64,000 bases of DNA, taken from NCBI GenBank assembly GCA_051251855.1, contig JBPOGI010000001.1, positions 1,472,001 to 1,536,000 of the forward strand. The letters run 5' to 3'. Position numbers and translations under genes: made by a program. Of this stretch, positions 10,203-19,865 are shown piece by piece. Position 1 is the stretch's first letter. Each line of letters opens with the position of its first letter. The DNA is from Roseibacillus sp. GTDB lineage: Bacteria; Verrucomicrobiota; Verrucomicrobiia; Verrucomicrobiales; Akkermansiaceae. The notes beneath the pieces are model-generated. The model made no database searches. It was not told the origin of the DNA and was given only the letters and a program-made list of their open reading frames with translations.

Positions 10203-11794
10203 AAAAATTCTTCGTCCTTCTCGCCACCACGATCATTCCGCTCACCGCAGCGCAAAAGCCGAATGTGTTATTCATCGCCATCGATGATTTACGTCCCGAG
10301 CTCGGTTGCTATGGCTCCCCCATCGCGCAATCGCCCCACCTCGACAAGCTCGCTTCCGAGGGAATGCTCTTCAAACGCGCCTACTGCCAACAGGCCATCT
10401 GCCACCCCTCCCGCTCCAGCCTCCTCTCCGGACTGCGCCCCGAAAGCATGGGCATCGTCCACAACTACATCGCCTTTCGCGAGGGTAGTCCCGATGTCGT
10501 GACTCTACCTCAGCACTTTGCTGCCAACGGCTACGAGACTGTCTATTGTGGAAAAATTTTCCACGGCAAGTGGACAGACGACGAGAAATCGTGGACCCGC
10601 AAACCGCACCACAAAGGACTGGCCCCAGAAATAAAGAAGCCGCAAAAATTCGCTCTCGAAGAAAACAAGAAACTCCAAAACAAGCAGTTCAAAGCCATGT
10701 TCGAGAAGTATGGCGAAGCCGCTCGTCGTGGACTCTCAAGTGGACCGGCCTACGAGGCTGGCGATGTCCCGGACCACTTCTACCTCGATGGCTACAATAC
10801 AGAGCTCGCGGTCGCTACTCTGGCTGACATCGTGGCAGATGAAAATGAAAAGCCCTTCTTTCTCGCTCTCGGCTTCAGCAAGCCTCATCTCAATTGGATC
10901 GCGCCCAAGAGATACTGGGACCTCTACGACCGCGCGAACATCAAACTTGCCAAGCAAACAGAAGCTCCCCAGGGAGGTGCCGCGATGGGACTTCATGCCT
11001 CTTTTGAATTACGAGTGCGCGACCTCGTACCCAACTATGGCCCGTTTGAAGACCAGCTCTCCAAGACCCTTCTTCATTCCTATTATGCCTGTGTGAGCTA
11101 CGTGGATGCTCAAATCGGAAAAATGCTCACCGCTCTCGAGGAATCGGGTCAGCGCGAAAACACCATCATCGTGGTCTGGGGCGACCACGGCTGGCACCTC
11201 GGCGAAATGGGCATCTGGGGCAAGGCCACCAACTACGAAATCGGGACCCGCGTTCCCCTGCTCGCCTGGACTCCTAACATGAAAGCGCGAGGCCAAAAAA
11301 GTGAATCCTTGGTAGAACTGTTAGACCTCTACCCCACTCTCTGCGACCTCGCCGGTCTTCCGATTCCGGAAGTTCTCGAAGGAAAAAGCTTCGCTCCCAT
11401 CCTCGACGACCCAGCGGTTGAGATCAAAGAAGTCGCCATCAGTCAGTTCCCCAATCCTGCTCTGCGCGAATGGGCCGCCAATCCACTTTCCGAAGGGATG
11501 CGCGAAACTTTCTTCGGCCCTCTTATCCGTGACGTCGAGGCCCGTATCATCACGCAACAAGGAGAAAAATGGGACCGCGAATTCTTCGAAAACCATCTCA
11601 TGGGCTATGCCGTGCGCTCCGACCGCTTTCGTATGATTCTCTGGCGCGACATTCGCGACCGCAACGCCGAAGCTACCTTTGTCGAACTCTACGACCACCA
11701 GAACGACCCCACCGAGACCGTCAACGTAGCCTCCCAACACCCCGAAGTCATCGCCGACCTCACCCGTAAACTCAACCAGTCCTTCACCAAATGA
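10199..11794 (+). CDS. S1 sulfatase (iduronate-2-sulfatase-like group)
   Basis: Signal peptide, 'PNVLFIAIDDLRPELGCYG', 'CHPSR', 'GKIFH', 'GDHGWHLGE'. Confidence 0.92.
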   Translation: MKKFFVLLATTIIPLTAAQKPNVLFIAIDDLRPELGCYGSPIAQSPHLDKLASEGMLFKRAYCQQAICHPSRSSLLSGLRPESMGIVHNYIAFREGSPDVVTLPQHFAANGYETVYCGKIFHGKWTDDEKSWTRKPHHKGLAPEIKKPQKFALEENKKLQNKQFKAMFEKYGEAARRGLSSGPAYEAGDVPDHFYLDGYNTELAVATLADIVADENEKPFFLALGFSKPHLNWIAPKRYWDLYDRANIKLAKQTEAPQGGAAMGLHASFELRVRDLVPNYGPFEDQLSKTLLHSYYACVSYVDAQIGKMLTALEESGQRENTIIVVWGDHGWHLGEMGIWGKATNYEIGTRVPLLAWTPNMKARGQKSESLVELLDLYPTLCDLAGLPIPEVLEGKSFAPILDDPAVEIKEVAISQFPNPALREWAANPLSEGMRETFFGPLIRDVEARIITQQGEKWDREFFENHLMGYAVRSDRFRMILWRDIRDRNAEATFVELYDHQNDPTETVNVASQHPEVIADLTRKLNQSFTK

Positions 11795-13278
11795 ACGAAG
11801 CCGAAAACATCTCTGCTCACGGTCGGGAGCTCCTGAGCCGACGCAACTTCATGCGCAATGCTGGCTTTTCGCTGGGAGGCCTGGGTTTAGCTCAACTCTT
11901 GGCGAGCGATGACCCGCTCAACTTTTCCGGCAAACAACCTATCCGACCGAAACTGGATGCCGAGCAACCCTACGCTCCGCGCTCGCCTCACTTTGAGCCC
12001 AAGGCAAAGCGCGTCCTCATCATCTACTGTCCCGGCGCCGTCAGCCAGGTTGACACTTGGGACTACAAGCCCGCACTCACCAAATATCATGGCCAAAAGC
12101 CTCCCGGCATTCCCGCGGTCACCTTCGAAGGCCCCACCGGAAACATCGCCAAGCCCTTCTGGGATTTCAGGCCGCGTGGCGAATGCGGCAAGATGACCTC
12201 CGACCTCCTCCCTCACATGGGCAAACATGTGGACGAGTATTGTTTCATTCACTCTCTCACCACCCAGACCAGTGCCCACCCGCAGGGTGAGAACTTCTTC
12301 AACACCGGCTTCACCATGGAGGGCTTTCCTTCCTTTGGTTCTTGGGTCACCTACGCCCTTGGGTCCGCCAGCTCGGACTTGCCTGCTTTCGTCGCTATCA
12401 ACGATCCCCGTGGCATGGCCCGCTCGGGCAAGAACAACTTCGGCAACGGCTTCCTCCCCGCCGCTTTCCAAGGAACCGATTTCAACGCCAAGAACCCTCC
12501 CGCCAACTTGGCCCGTCCTTTCTCCATGTCTCACGCGGATGACAAGGCCACCAACGAACTCCTCAAGAAGCTCAACAACAAGCATCTCGAACTCTACCCC
12601 GGCGACTCAGATTTGGCTGCTCGTATCGCCAGCTACGAGCTCGCGGGACAGATGCAAACTTCGGTCCCTGAAATAATGGGGCTCGATAGCGAACCCGCCT
12701 CCATTCATGCCGAGTATGGCACCGATAGTGGCACCGTGCTCAAACGTGAATACGCCAAAAACTGCATTCTCGCCCGTCGTTTGTTAGAAAAAGGAGTGAG
12801 AGTGGTGCAACTTTTCAACGGTTCTGATCCTTCGGGCGGAAACGGGATCACGAACTGGGATTCCCATTCAAAAATCAAAGAGACCCATGCCATGCAGGCC
12901 GAAATCATGGACCAACCGACCGGAGCCCTCATCGGCGACCTCAAAAGACGCGGCTTACTCGAAGACACCCTCGTCGTTTGGTGCACCGAATTCGGACGCA
13001 TGCCCTTCTTGCAAGGAAACGGAACCGGACGCGACCACAACCCAGACTCCTTCACCTGCTTTCTAGCGGGAGCCGGGGTCAAAAAGGGCTTCAGCTTTGG
13101 AGAGAGCGACGAATTCGGCTTCAAGGCTGCAATCGAGCCCAAAGAAATTTACGATTTCAACGCCACCATCCTTCATCTCATGGGCCTCGATCACGAGCGT
13201 CTCAGCTATTATCACAACGGTCTCGAACGCCGCCTCACCAATGTTCACGGCCACGTCATCAAGGAAATGCTGGCATAG
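11791..13278 (+). CDS. DUF1501 family protein (PSD1-associated type, Tat-like leader)
   Basis: 'SRRNF' leader, 'AKRVL....GA.SQVDTWDYKP', 'CILARRL.E.GVRVVQ', 'WDSH', 'EFGRMP', 'GRDH', 'ATILHLMGLDH..L'. Confidence 0.9.
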   Translation: MNEAENISAHGRELLSRRNFMRNAGFSLGGLGLAQLLASDDPLNFSGKQPIRPKLDAEQPYAPRSPHFEPKAKRVLIIYCPGAVSQVDTWDYKPALTKYHGQKPPGIPAVTFEGPTGNIAKPFWDFRPRGECGKMTSDLLPHMGKHVDEYCFIHSLTTQTSAHPQGENFFNTGFTMEGFPSFGSWVTYALGSASSDLPAFVAINDPRGMARSGKNNFGNGFLPAAFQGTDFNAKNPPANLARPFSMSHADDKATNELLKKLNNKHLELYPGDSDLAARIASYELAGQMQTSVPEIMGLDSEPASIHAEYGTDSGTVLKREYAKNCILARRLLEKGVRVVQLFNGSDPSGGNGITNWDSHSKIKETHAMQAEIMDQPTGALIGDLKRRGLLEDTLVVWCTEFGRMPFLQGNGTGRDHNPDSFTCFLAGAGVKKGFSFGESDEFGFKAAIEPKEIYDFNATILHLMGLDHERLSYYHNGLERRLTNVHGHVIKEMLA

Positions 13279-13325
13279 AGTCGACACTGGAAACATCAAT
13301 GCAGCGACAAACGCGTTTCTGCCTT

Positions 13326-13347
13326 TAGCCCGACTTTGTCGGGGCTA
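13326..13347. terminator. Hairpin between convergent genes (possible bidirectional terminator)
   Basis: TAGCCCGAC-TTT-GTCGGGGCTA stem-loop with one bulge, between stops at 13278 and 13354. No strong U-tract. Confidence 0.4.
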
Positions 13348-13353
13348 GAAGTC

Positions 13354-16300
13354 CTAATCTTCTGGCAAGGGCGTAGCCCGAACACGGAAGAAGCGCTTTT
13401 CATCACCATCTGCCGACACATCGGGGTAGGTTGCGTTTTCCAAGCCGCCACCGAGAGAAACTGCGGTCACTGAGTCCGTAGCCACGACATCCCAAGACTC
13501 CAAATCATCGCCGGCAACAAGCTCGTAGTTCACGTCAATGGTGTTTTCCGGTCGAGCCACAATCGCTGCTGGGTGAGTCTCCGCCATCTCATCCTCCCAC
13601 CAAACCAATGAAGCATCGATTCGGTCCGCCACTCTCGGATTCGTTCCAAAGGCATACTCCGAAAAGTTATTGCGACCATCGCCATCCGGATCCGCATCCG
13701 GCCCCGAAATCAACGCATCGTCACGCTCTTCAGAGGTAAAGTGGAAATTATCCCAACCATAGTAAGCCTGAGCAAGACTCGCATCTCCAGCTCCCGGACT
13801 CCCCTGCTCCGCTAAACCCATCCCCCAGGACTGCGGACTATCAAATTGGTCGTAGCTGAGACTTTCGACATCTCTCACCACCAACGAACGGCCATCGCCA
13901 TCGCTCGCAGGATACCAGCCATCCTTGTATTCAAAATCCAACACCACCTCACCAACCGGATCGAGCAATTGCAGACGCTCACCGCTGTTAGAAAGCTCTC
14001 CCAGATAGGGTCCCACCACATTGGCGGTCGCGGTCGGATAGCGAACCGAAAAAGCTGCTGGATTGCGGGCCAAGATAATCCGCTCTCCCACCGCCAAAGA
14101 AACATTGGGGAACTCAAACTCAATTCCTTCTCCAAAGTAACAGTCTTCCAGAGCAAGAACTGCGCCTCCAACATTCATCAATTCCAAATACTCAAAATCA
14201 CTCTCATTCACCCCTAACAAAGCCACTGATTCAGCCGCAGTCGGGTCGACAGGATGATACTGAAGTTCCGAAATCCGCAAACCCACTTGAGCTACCGTCG
14301 GATTGGCACCATAGCTAAAACTCGAAATCAATTGCCCGTCGGCATCCCGTAAACTGACGGTCTCACCCCGTGCCGAAAGCTGGCCCTTGTAGTTCCCCTG
14401 CAAGAACCGCTTTTGCCCCGCACGCGGGCCCGAACTGCGACTCCGAAATCCAAACACGTTCTTTGCCACATGCAGGAGCCCCCGATACTCTGCCGCAGTC
14501 GTGCCATTGCCTGCAGGAATGACCACTCCACCCTGAAAGGTATGTTCGATACCTCCGTCGAGCGTCCATCCCGAGATATCAACTGCGGTCGCGAGGTTAT
14601 TTCGCAAAATCACATACTCCGCTTCCTGCGTGCCTTCGGACGGCAGATAGTCCACACTATCAAAAGTCACCGATTGCGAACCCGCGATTTGAGGAGAGTT
14701 CGGAATTGGAGTCCCCCCCGAAAGGCCCTGTCGCTGCATGAGAGGACGATTCGAACTTTGGTCAAAAAGAAAGCTGCGACGTGGGACCAAAAAATCTGAA
14801 ATCACCCGCTCAACTTCTTCTCGTGGTCGATTGTCGAGAAAATCAGGAGGGTTTCCCCACCGCGCATGGTCCCGATCTCCATCGGTCAGCGGAGACGGAT
14901 TCGCCGGATTGGGATCAACCAAAGCCGCTAACTGGCGCATGCGCACCTGATAGGGGCTGTTCGCCTCTCCCGGAGCGCCCAAAATTTCATCCATCGCCGA
15001 GCGCAAGCGTCGAGTGATCATCTGCTGAAACTCAGGCGTCTCATACAAGAGATTATACAGCCGATTGTTAGAAATATTGCCTCGTAACCGAATATCCGAA
15101 ACCATGGCATCATTAAAATAGCCCCCCTGCCCATTGTCGCCATTCCACTTGTGCCCGTGACTCAAATCTACGTCCCACACCATTGGCCTCCAAAGACCAC
15201 TGCGATTAAGGTCATGGTAGAGATAGTAGTTCTTGTGACCGTGATCCATATCCGAGTTCACCTGCCGGGTGACGAGATAATTCACCGCAGCCGGAATATC
15301 GAGATAGTCATAAGCGTAGGTCCGTCGATTTGCGAGAGAACGATTTTCGTCCAATTGTGATGAGAAAAACTCCAAATCACTATTGCCTTCTTCCTGCCGG
15401 GTCTTTTTTTCCACATTCACCGTCGGAACCGAATCGTAGACTTTGTAGAGCGAGCCCTCGGGGTCGAACCCGTTTCGCTCCAACATCCGGTCATCGCCAT
15501 CTTCCATCAAATCCATAACACCGTGAAAGGCACCGTTGAGATGCACTCGAACCGGTTCACAAAAGTGGTCCGGCGTCCCCATCCATCGCCCAATCTCATG
15601 GCAAAAACTATTCCGCGTCTTGGTCTTGTCGGCGTAATTGCTCAGCAAGTTCAGGTCCTTCACCTTGCGCTCGCCATCTTTCCAATCAAAGCGGAAGCCA
15701 TCGTTTGAATCGAAGTCGTAACTCTTTTTGGCGAAAGTTCGTGATGACTGCCCATGAATCTTATGCCCGATGTTGTCGTAAAAATAGCCTCGATAAAGCA
15801 TCGATCCTCGGAACGGCTCGTTCACCGGCCCATCAGCAGGAGCGCCCGCCACGAACCAATCCATCACCTGCAACAGCGTATCGGCTTCATCGGTTCGTTC
15901 AGCAACAGTCCCCAAATATTCGGGCGAATCCAAAGGATCGCGAAAAGCAGGCCATTTCGAGAGATTGCCCTCCGCATCCTGAACCTCAAACCGCCAACGA
16001 AACATCTGGCCATGGGAAATCATATTGGTCGGCAAAAGCGCTGTGTAGACATCATCCCCAGACTCCGCATCAGGTGCCACGCCATCATCCTTCATGACCA
16101 CCGGAGCCAACTCCCCGGCATAGCCAATTCGCGCGATGGCCCGCACTTGAGAAATGACACTTCCAGTCTCTACCACCGTGGCCGAAACAGTCAAAGGCGG
16201 ACTCGAAGACTGCCCCGTAGGTCTGGGCACATCTGGGTCCTGCGGGCTCACTTCCGAGATGAGTGCTCCAGGAGTCACCTCTTGCAACAGAGACCCGGGA

Positions 16301-17361
16301 CTCGGCGTGTCGAGATATCCATACTCACCCGAATCCTGAAAGGCCGTTCCCACAATCTCAGGCAGGGCCAAAAAATCAGAGCTACCCGAAGTTCGGTTTA
16401 GCCCCTGAATTGCCAGTAAGTTCTCTCCCGCCACTAAATCTGAAACATCAAGAGCTGTCTCCGACCACTGCTCCCAATCATTTCTGTTCGCCCAAGACGT
16501 CGCTACCGAGTTGTAAGCCAAACTCGAAGGAGCCCTATGCTCGGCAACAGGATTTGCATCGCCATTAAAAAATGCCACCGCGCCATCTTCAAACTTCATC
16601 CGCAAAGTCAGCGAAGTGAAGAGAGACGGGTCACTCACCTCAAACTTCATCCTCAGCAAGACGGAAGTATTCACGTTTCTCATCTGCGACAGAATATCAG
16701 TCCCCACCAAACCATTGAGCCTCCCCATGGTGTCGTATCCGATTCCGGCTGCGCAAGAAGCCCATGCCGAATCATCAAAGGACGCACTCCGGTTCCAACC
16801 ATTGGCATTGCCATGCCCGAACTGACCCGCTCCGAAATTCGTTCCGGAATACTGATTGGCTGAAGAAGGAATGCGATAGCGACCGGGACTGCCTTGCGTC
16901 AACAAAGTGGTGGTAGTGACCTCCATTCCCCGTCCATAAGAAACGTCGCTGACCTGCTTCGGATACTCGGGCGAAAACTCCTGCACCACCTCCGGCAACC
17001 CATTAGAAGCGGCGGGTTGAAAGAGCCCGAGATACTCCCCCCCTCTCGAAAGCTTAAAATTCGAATGGAGCGGCTGCCCTGCCACACTGCGATTTTTTCC
17101 CGAAGCCCAAACCAACATCGTGCCTCCCGGCTCCAAAGTAGCGGCCGGAAAAGTCCACTTGGAGGGACTACCATCATCATCGGTCAGCCACCAGCCCTCC
17201 ATCTCAACAGCGGTGCTCCCGCTATTAAAAAGCTCAACCCAATCTTCCCTGTCTCCGTCTTCATCACGGATACCACCGTCGTTGTCAGCCAAAAACTCCG
17301 AGATCACGATTTGCCCAGGCAGGACCATCGCGGTGAGCAGAAGAAAAAATAGGGATTTCAT
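13354..17361 (-). CDS. Secreted CotH-family kinase with multiple lamin-tail domains
   Basis: Signal peptide from ATG 17361 (MKSLFFLLL). LTD motifs 'ISEFLADN...DWVELFN', 'EYVILRN', 'ISELQYHP...EYLELMN'. CotH core 'D.DHGHKNYY', 'WDVD'. C-terminal DPDGDG and 'RFFRV'. Confidence 0.85.
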   Translation of the reverse strand: MKSLFFLLLTAMVLPGQIVISEFLADNDGGIRDEDGDREDWVELFNSGSTAVEMEGWWLTDDDGSPSKWTFPAATLEPGGTMLVWASGKNRSVAGQPLHSNFKLSRGGEYLGLFQPAASNGLPEVVQEFSPEYPKQVSDVSYGRGMEVTTTTLLTQGSPGRYRIPSSANQYSGTNFGAGQFGHGNANGWNRSASFDDSAWASCAAGIGYDTMGRLNGLVGTDILSQMRNVNTSVLLRMKFEVSDPSLFTSLTLRMKFEDGAVAFFNGDANPVAEHRAPSSLAYNSVATSWANRNDWEQWSETALDVSDLVAGENLLAIQGLNRTSGSSDFLALPEIVGTAFQDSGEYGYLDTPSPGSLLQEVTPGALISEVSPQDPDVPRPTGQSSSPPLTVSATVVETGSVISQVRAIARIGYAGELAPVVMKDDGVAPDAESGDDVYTALLPTNMISHGQMFRWRFEVQDAEGNLSKWPAFRDPLDSPEYLGTVAERTDEADTLLQVMDWFVAGAPADGPVNEPFRGSMLYRGYFYDNIGHKIHGQSSRTFAKKSYDFDSNDGFRFDWKDGERKVKDLNLLSNYADKTKTRNSFCHEIGRWMGTPDHFCEPVRVHLNGAFHGVMDLMEDGDDRMLERNGFDPEGSLYKVYDSVPTVNVEKKTRQEEGNSDLEFFSSQLDENRSLANRRTYAYDYLDIPAAVNYLVTRQVNSDMDHGHKNYYLYHDLNRSGLWRPMVWDVDLSHGHKWNGDNGQGGYFNDAMVSDIRLRGNISNNRLYNLLYETPEFQQMITRRLRSAMDEILGAPGEANSPYQVRMRQLAALVDPNPANPSPLTDGDRDHARWGNPPDFLDNRPREEVERVISDFLVPRRSFLFDQSSNRPLMQRQGLSGGTPIPNSPQIAGSQSVTFDSVDYLPSEGTQEAEYVILRNNLATAVDISGWTLDGGIEHTFQGGVVIPAGNGTTAAEYRGLLHVAKNVFGFRSRSSGPRAGQKRFLQGNYKGQLSARGETVSLRDADGQLISSFSYGANPTVAQVGLRISELQYHPVDPTAAESVALLGVNESDFEYLELMNVGGAVLALEDCYFGEGIEFEFPNVSLAVGERIILARNPAAFSVRYPTATANVVGPYLGELSNSGERLQLLDPVGEVVLDFEYKDGWYPASDGDGRSLVVRDVESLSYDQFDSPQSWGMGLAEQGSPGAGDASLAQAYYGWDNFHFTSEERDDALISGPDADPDGDGRNNFSEYAFGTNPRVADRIDASLVWWEDEMAETHPAAIVARPENTIDVNYELVAGDDLESWDVVATDSVTAVSLGGGLENATYPDVSADGDEKRFFRVRATPLPED

Positions 17362-17442
17362 CGGCGGGTTGAGATACCTTCCCATGATAAAACACTGTCT
17401 GTGGACAAAAAACCTAACAATGGCGTTTTTCCACTCGGTCAA

Positions 17443-17465
17443 TTCACGCACAAAAAATACGCAAT
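17443..17465. promoter_or_regulatory. Putative dyad operator, copy 1 (divergent CotH / GH2 promoter region)
   Basis: TTC-ACGCAC-AAAAA-ATACGC-AAT; matches the shared 23-bp dyad consensus. Confidence 0.55.
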
Positions 17466-17528
17466 CCAGCCACCTCAATCGACAATCCAAGCTGGTCTCA
17501 CCTCTCTGAGGAAGGCTTCATTGAGGAC

Positions 17529-19856
17529 ATGAAAGCCCACCTCCTTTTCACAGCTCTCCCACTCCTTCATTGTACGACGCTTTCCTTGCTAGCTGAAACA
17601 ATCGACTTCAGTGGTGATTGGAAATTCGAAAAAACGAAAGACGACGCCGATTGTTCCAATCCCGCTTTCGAAGACAGTCACTGGCAAGACGTGAGCCTTC
17701 CTCACACCGCCAATATTGAGCCCCTCGTGGTCAATGACCAATGGCAGGGCGTTTGTTGGTATCGCAAGTCTTTCGATGTTCCATCCGACAAAGCCGGAAA
17801 ACAAGTCTGGCTCGAATTCGAAGCCGCCATGAACGAATCGAGCTTTTGGCTCAATGGCGAAAAAGTTGCCGACCACTTGGGTGGCTACCTGCCCGTCGTC
17901 ATCGACATCAGCGACCAAGTCAAATTCGGCGAAAGCAACACCATCGCCGTTCGCCTCGACAACACCGACAACATCTACTCCGGCCCCAAGCCTCTCGAGC
18001 GTCTCGACTTCAACATGTATGGCGGCCTCTACCGGCACGCCCATCTCACTTACAAGGATCCCCTCCACATCACCCACCCCATTCTTGCCAACAAAGAAGC
18101 GAGCGGTGGCACCTTCCTCACTTTTCCGCAAGTCAGCGCCGAGCAGTCCCAAGTCAAAATCCAAACCCACCTCGCGAACAAGTCAAAGGACAATTCCTCC
18201 TTCCAAATTCGCCACCGCATTCTCTTCCAAGAGCAAGAAGCCGCCACGAGCAAAAAGGAAGACCTTGCTCTCGACTCCGGTCAAGATGCCGAATTTGAAG
18301 AAACCTTCACTCTCAATAATGCAGCCCTCTGGTCCCCGCAGTCTCCTAACCTCCATCACTTGGTCACCGAGGTCGTCGTCGATGGACAAGTTGTCGATAG
18401 CGAAACCACCCGCTTCGGCATTCGGCGCTTCGAGTTCCGCGAGGGCCACAAACTCTTCATCAACGGCGAGAAAACCTTCCTCCGCGGAGTCAATCGTCAT
18501 CAGGAATATCCCTTCGTTGGCTATGCCCTCTCGGACAACGCCCAGTATCGCGACGCCAAGAAAATCAAGGACGGCGGATTCGACTACGTTCGCCTTTCCC
18601 ACTACCCTCATTCGCCCGCCTTCATGGATGCCTGTGACGAGCTCGGCTTGATCACCATGAACGCCATCATGGGTTGGCAATACTTCCTCGAAGACGAACG
18701 CTTCCGCAACTACTGCTACCAGTCCACCCGCCATCTCATTCGTCGCGACCGCAATCGCGCTTCCGTTCTTTGCTGGGAGGCTTCCCTCAACGAGACCAAA
18801 GTTCCCGAGGACTTTCTGGAAGAACTCCATCGTCTCGTTCACGCCGAATTCCCCGGCGACTACGTCTACTCCGCCTCGTGGGACAACCATTGCCACGACA
18901 TTTTCCTGCAAGCACGCCAGCACCGTATTCTCCACAACTTCGAAGTAGACCTCTCCAAACCTTACTCCGTTTCCGAGTATGGCGACTGGGAATACTTTTC
19001 TAACAACGCAGGCTTTCATCAGGACAAAATGAGCAAATCCGAGCGCGCCGCCCTGAGCAGTCGCCAGCTCCGAAGCGCTGGCGAGAAGAAGCTCCACCTC
19101 CAAACCCACAACGTGCAGGAGTCCCACAACGACAACCTCACCACCTACGCCTTCTCCGATAGCTACTGGGTGATGTATGACTACAATCGCGGCTACTACG
19201 ACGACCTCGAAGCCTCCGGCCTGAGCGACATCTACCGTCTTCCTAAATTTGGCTACGACTTCTATCGCAGCCAGCGATCACCCGAGGAAGGGGTCATGGT
19301 CGATATTGCTAGTTTCTGGACCGAACAATCTCCCTTCGACGTCAAAGTCTACTCCAACTGCGACGAGGTCGAACTGGTAATCAACGACAAAACTGTGGCC
19401 CGCCAAAAGCCCGACACCGACGAAGATTGCACCAAACTTAATCACCCGCCCTTCACCTTTCTTTTCGAGGAATTCGAACCCGGCACCCTCACCGCGATTG
19501 CCTTCCGCGACGGAAAAGAAGTGGCCCGTGACAGCGTCACCACCCCGGGAAAAGCCACTCGTCTGGTCGCGTGGTTGGATGAAAGCGGCCGTCCTCCGCA
19601 GGCCGGAGTCAACGACGTGCTCTTCCTCCACCTTGCCGCCGTCGACGACCAAGCGGTCATCGTGCCCACTTTCACCAGCGAAATCGACCTCCAACTCGAA
19701 GGCGACGCCGAAGTCCTCAACGTGGGCCCCATCGTCGCCGAAGCAGGTGTCGCCACCGCCCTCCTGCGTATCGGCAGCGAACCGGGAGAAGTCCGTTTCA
19801 AGGCCAGCAGCAAAGAACTCACCATCATCGAATCCAATTTTCAAACCGGCAAGTAG
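17529..19856 (+). CDS. Glycoside hydrolase family 2 (probable beta-galactosidase)
   Basis: Signal peptide, 'WYRKSF', 'GGYLP', 'YGGLYR', 'LRGVNRHQEY', 'VRLSHYP', 'WEASLNE' (acid/base), 'VSEYG' (nucleophile), 'VYSNCDEVEL'. Confidence 0.92.
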   Translation: MKAHLLFTALPLLHCTTLSLLAETIDFSGDWKFEKTKDDADCSNPAFEDSHWQDVSLPHTANIEPLVVNDQWQGVCWYRKSFDVPSDKAGKQVWLEFEAAMNESSFWLNGEKVADHLGGYLPVVIDISDQVKFGESNTIAVRLDNTDNIYSGPKPLERLDFNMYGGLYRHAHLTYKDPLHITHPILANKEASGGTFLTFPQVSAEQSQVKIQTHLANKSKDNSSFQIRHRILFQEQEAATSKKEDLALDSGQDAEFEETFTLNNAALWSPQSPNLHHLVTEVVVDGQVVDSETTRFGIRRFEFREGHKLFINGEKTFLRGVNRHQEYPFVGYALSDNAQYRDAKKIKDGGFDYVRLSHYPHSPAFMDACDELGLITMNAIMGWQYFLEDERFRNYCYQSTRHLIRRDRNRASVLCWEASLNETKVPEDFLEELHRLVHAEFPGDYVYSASWDNHCHDIFLQARQHRILHNFEVDLSKPYSVSEYGDWEYFSNNAGFHQDKMSKSERAALSSRQLRSAGEKKLHLQTHNVQESHNDNLTTYAFSDSYWVMYDYNRGYYDDLEASGLSDIYRLPKFGYDFYRSQRSPEEGVMVDIASFWTEQSPFDVKVYSNCDEVELVINDKTVARQKPDTDEDCTKLNHPPFTFLFEEFEPGTLTAIAFRDGKEVARDSVTTPGKATRLVAWLDESGRPPQAGVNDVLFLHLAAVDDQAVIVPTFTSEIDLQLEGDAEVLNVGPIVAEAGVATALLRIGSEPGEVRFKASSKELTIIESNFQTGK

Positions 19857-19865
19857 TCCTCAGTT

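Noticed and set aside
18183..19127. Long antisense ORFs (also 32400..33326, 42732..43544, 50702..51547, 5902..6627)
   Set aside because: Shadow frames of well-supported genes in GC-rich DNA, with no recognisable motifs.
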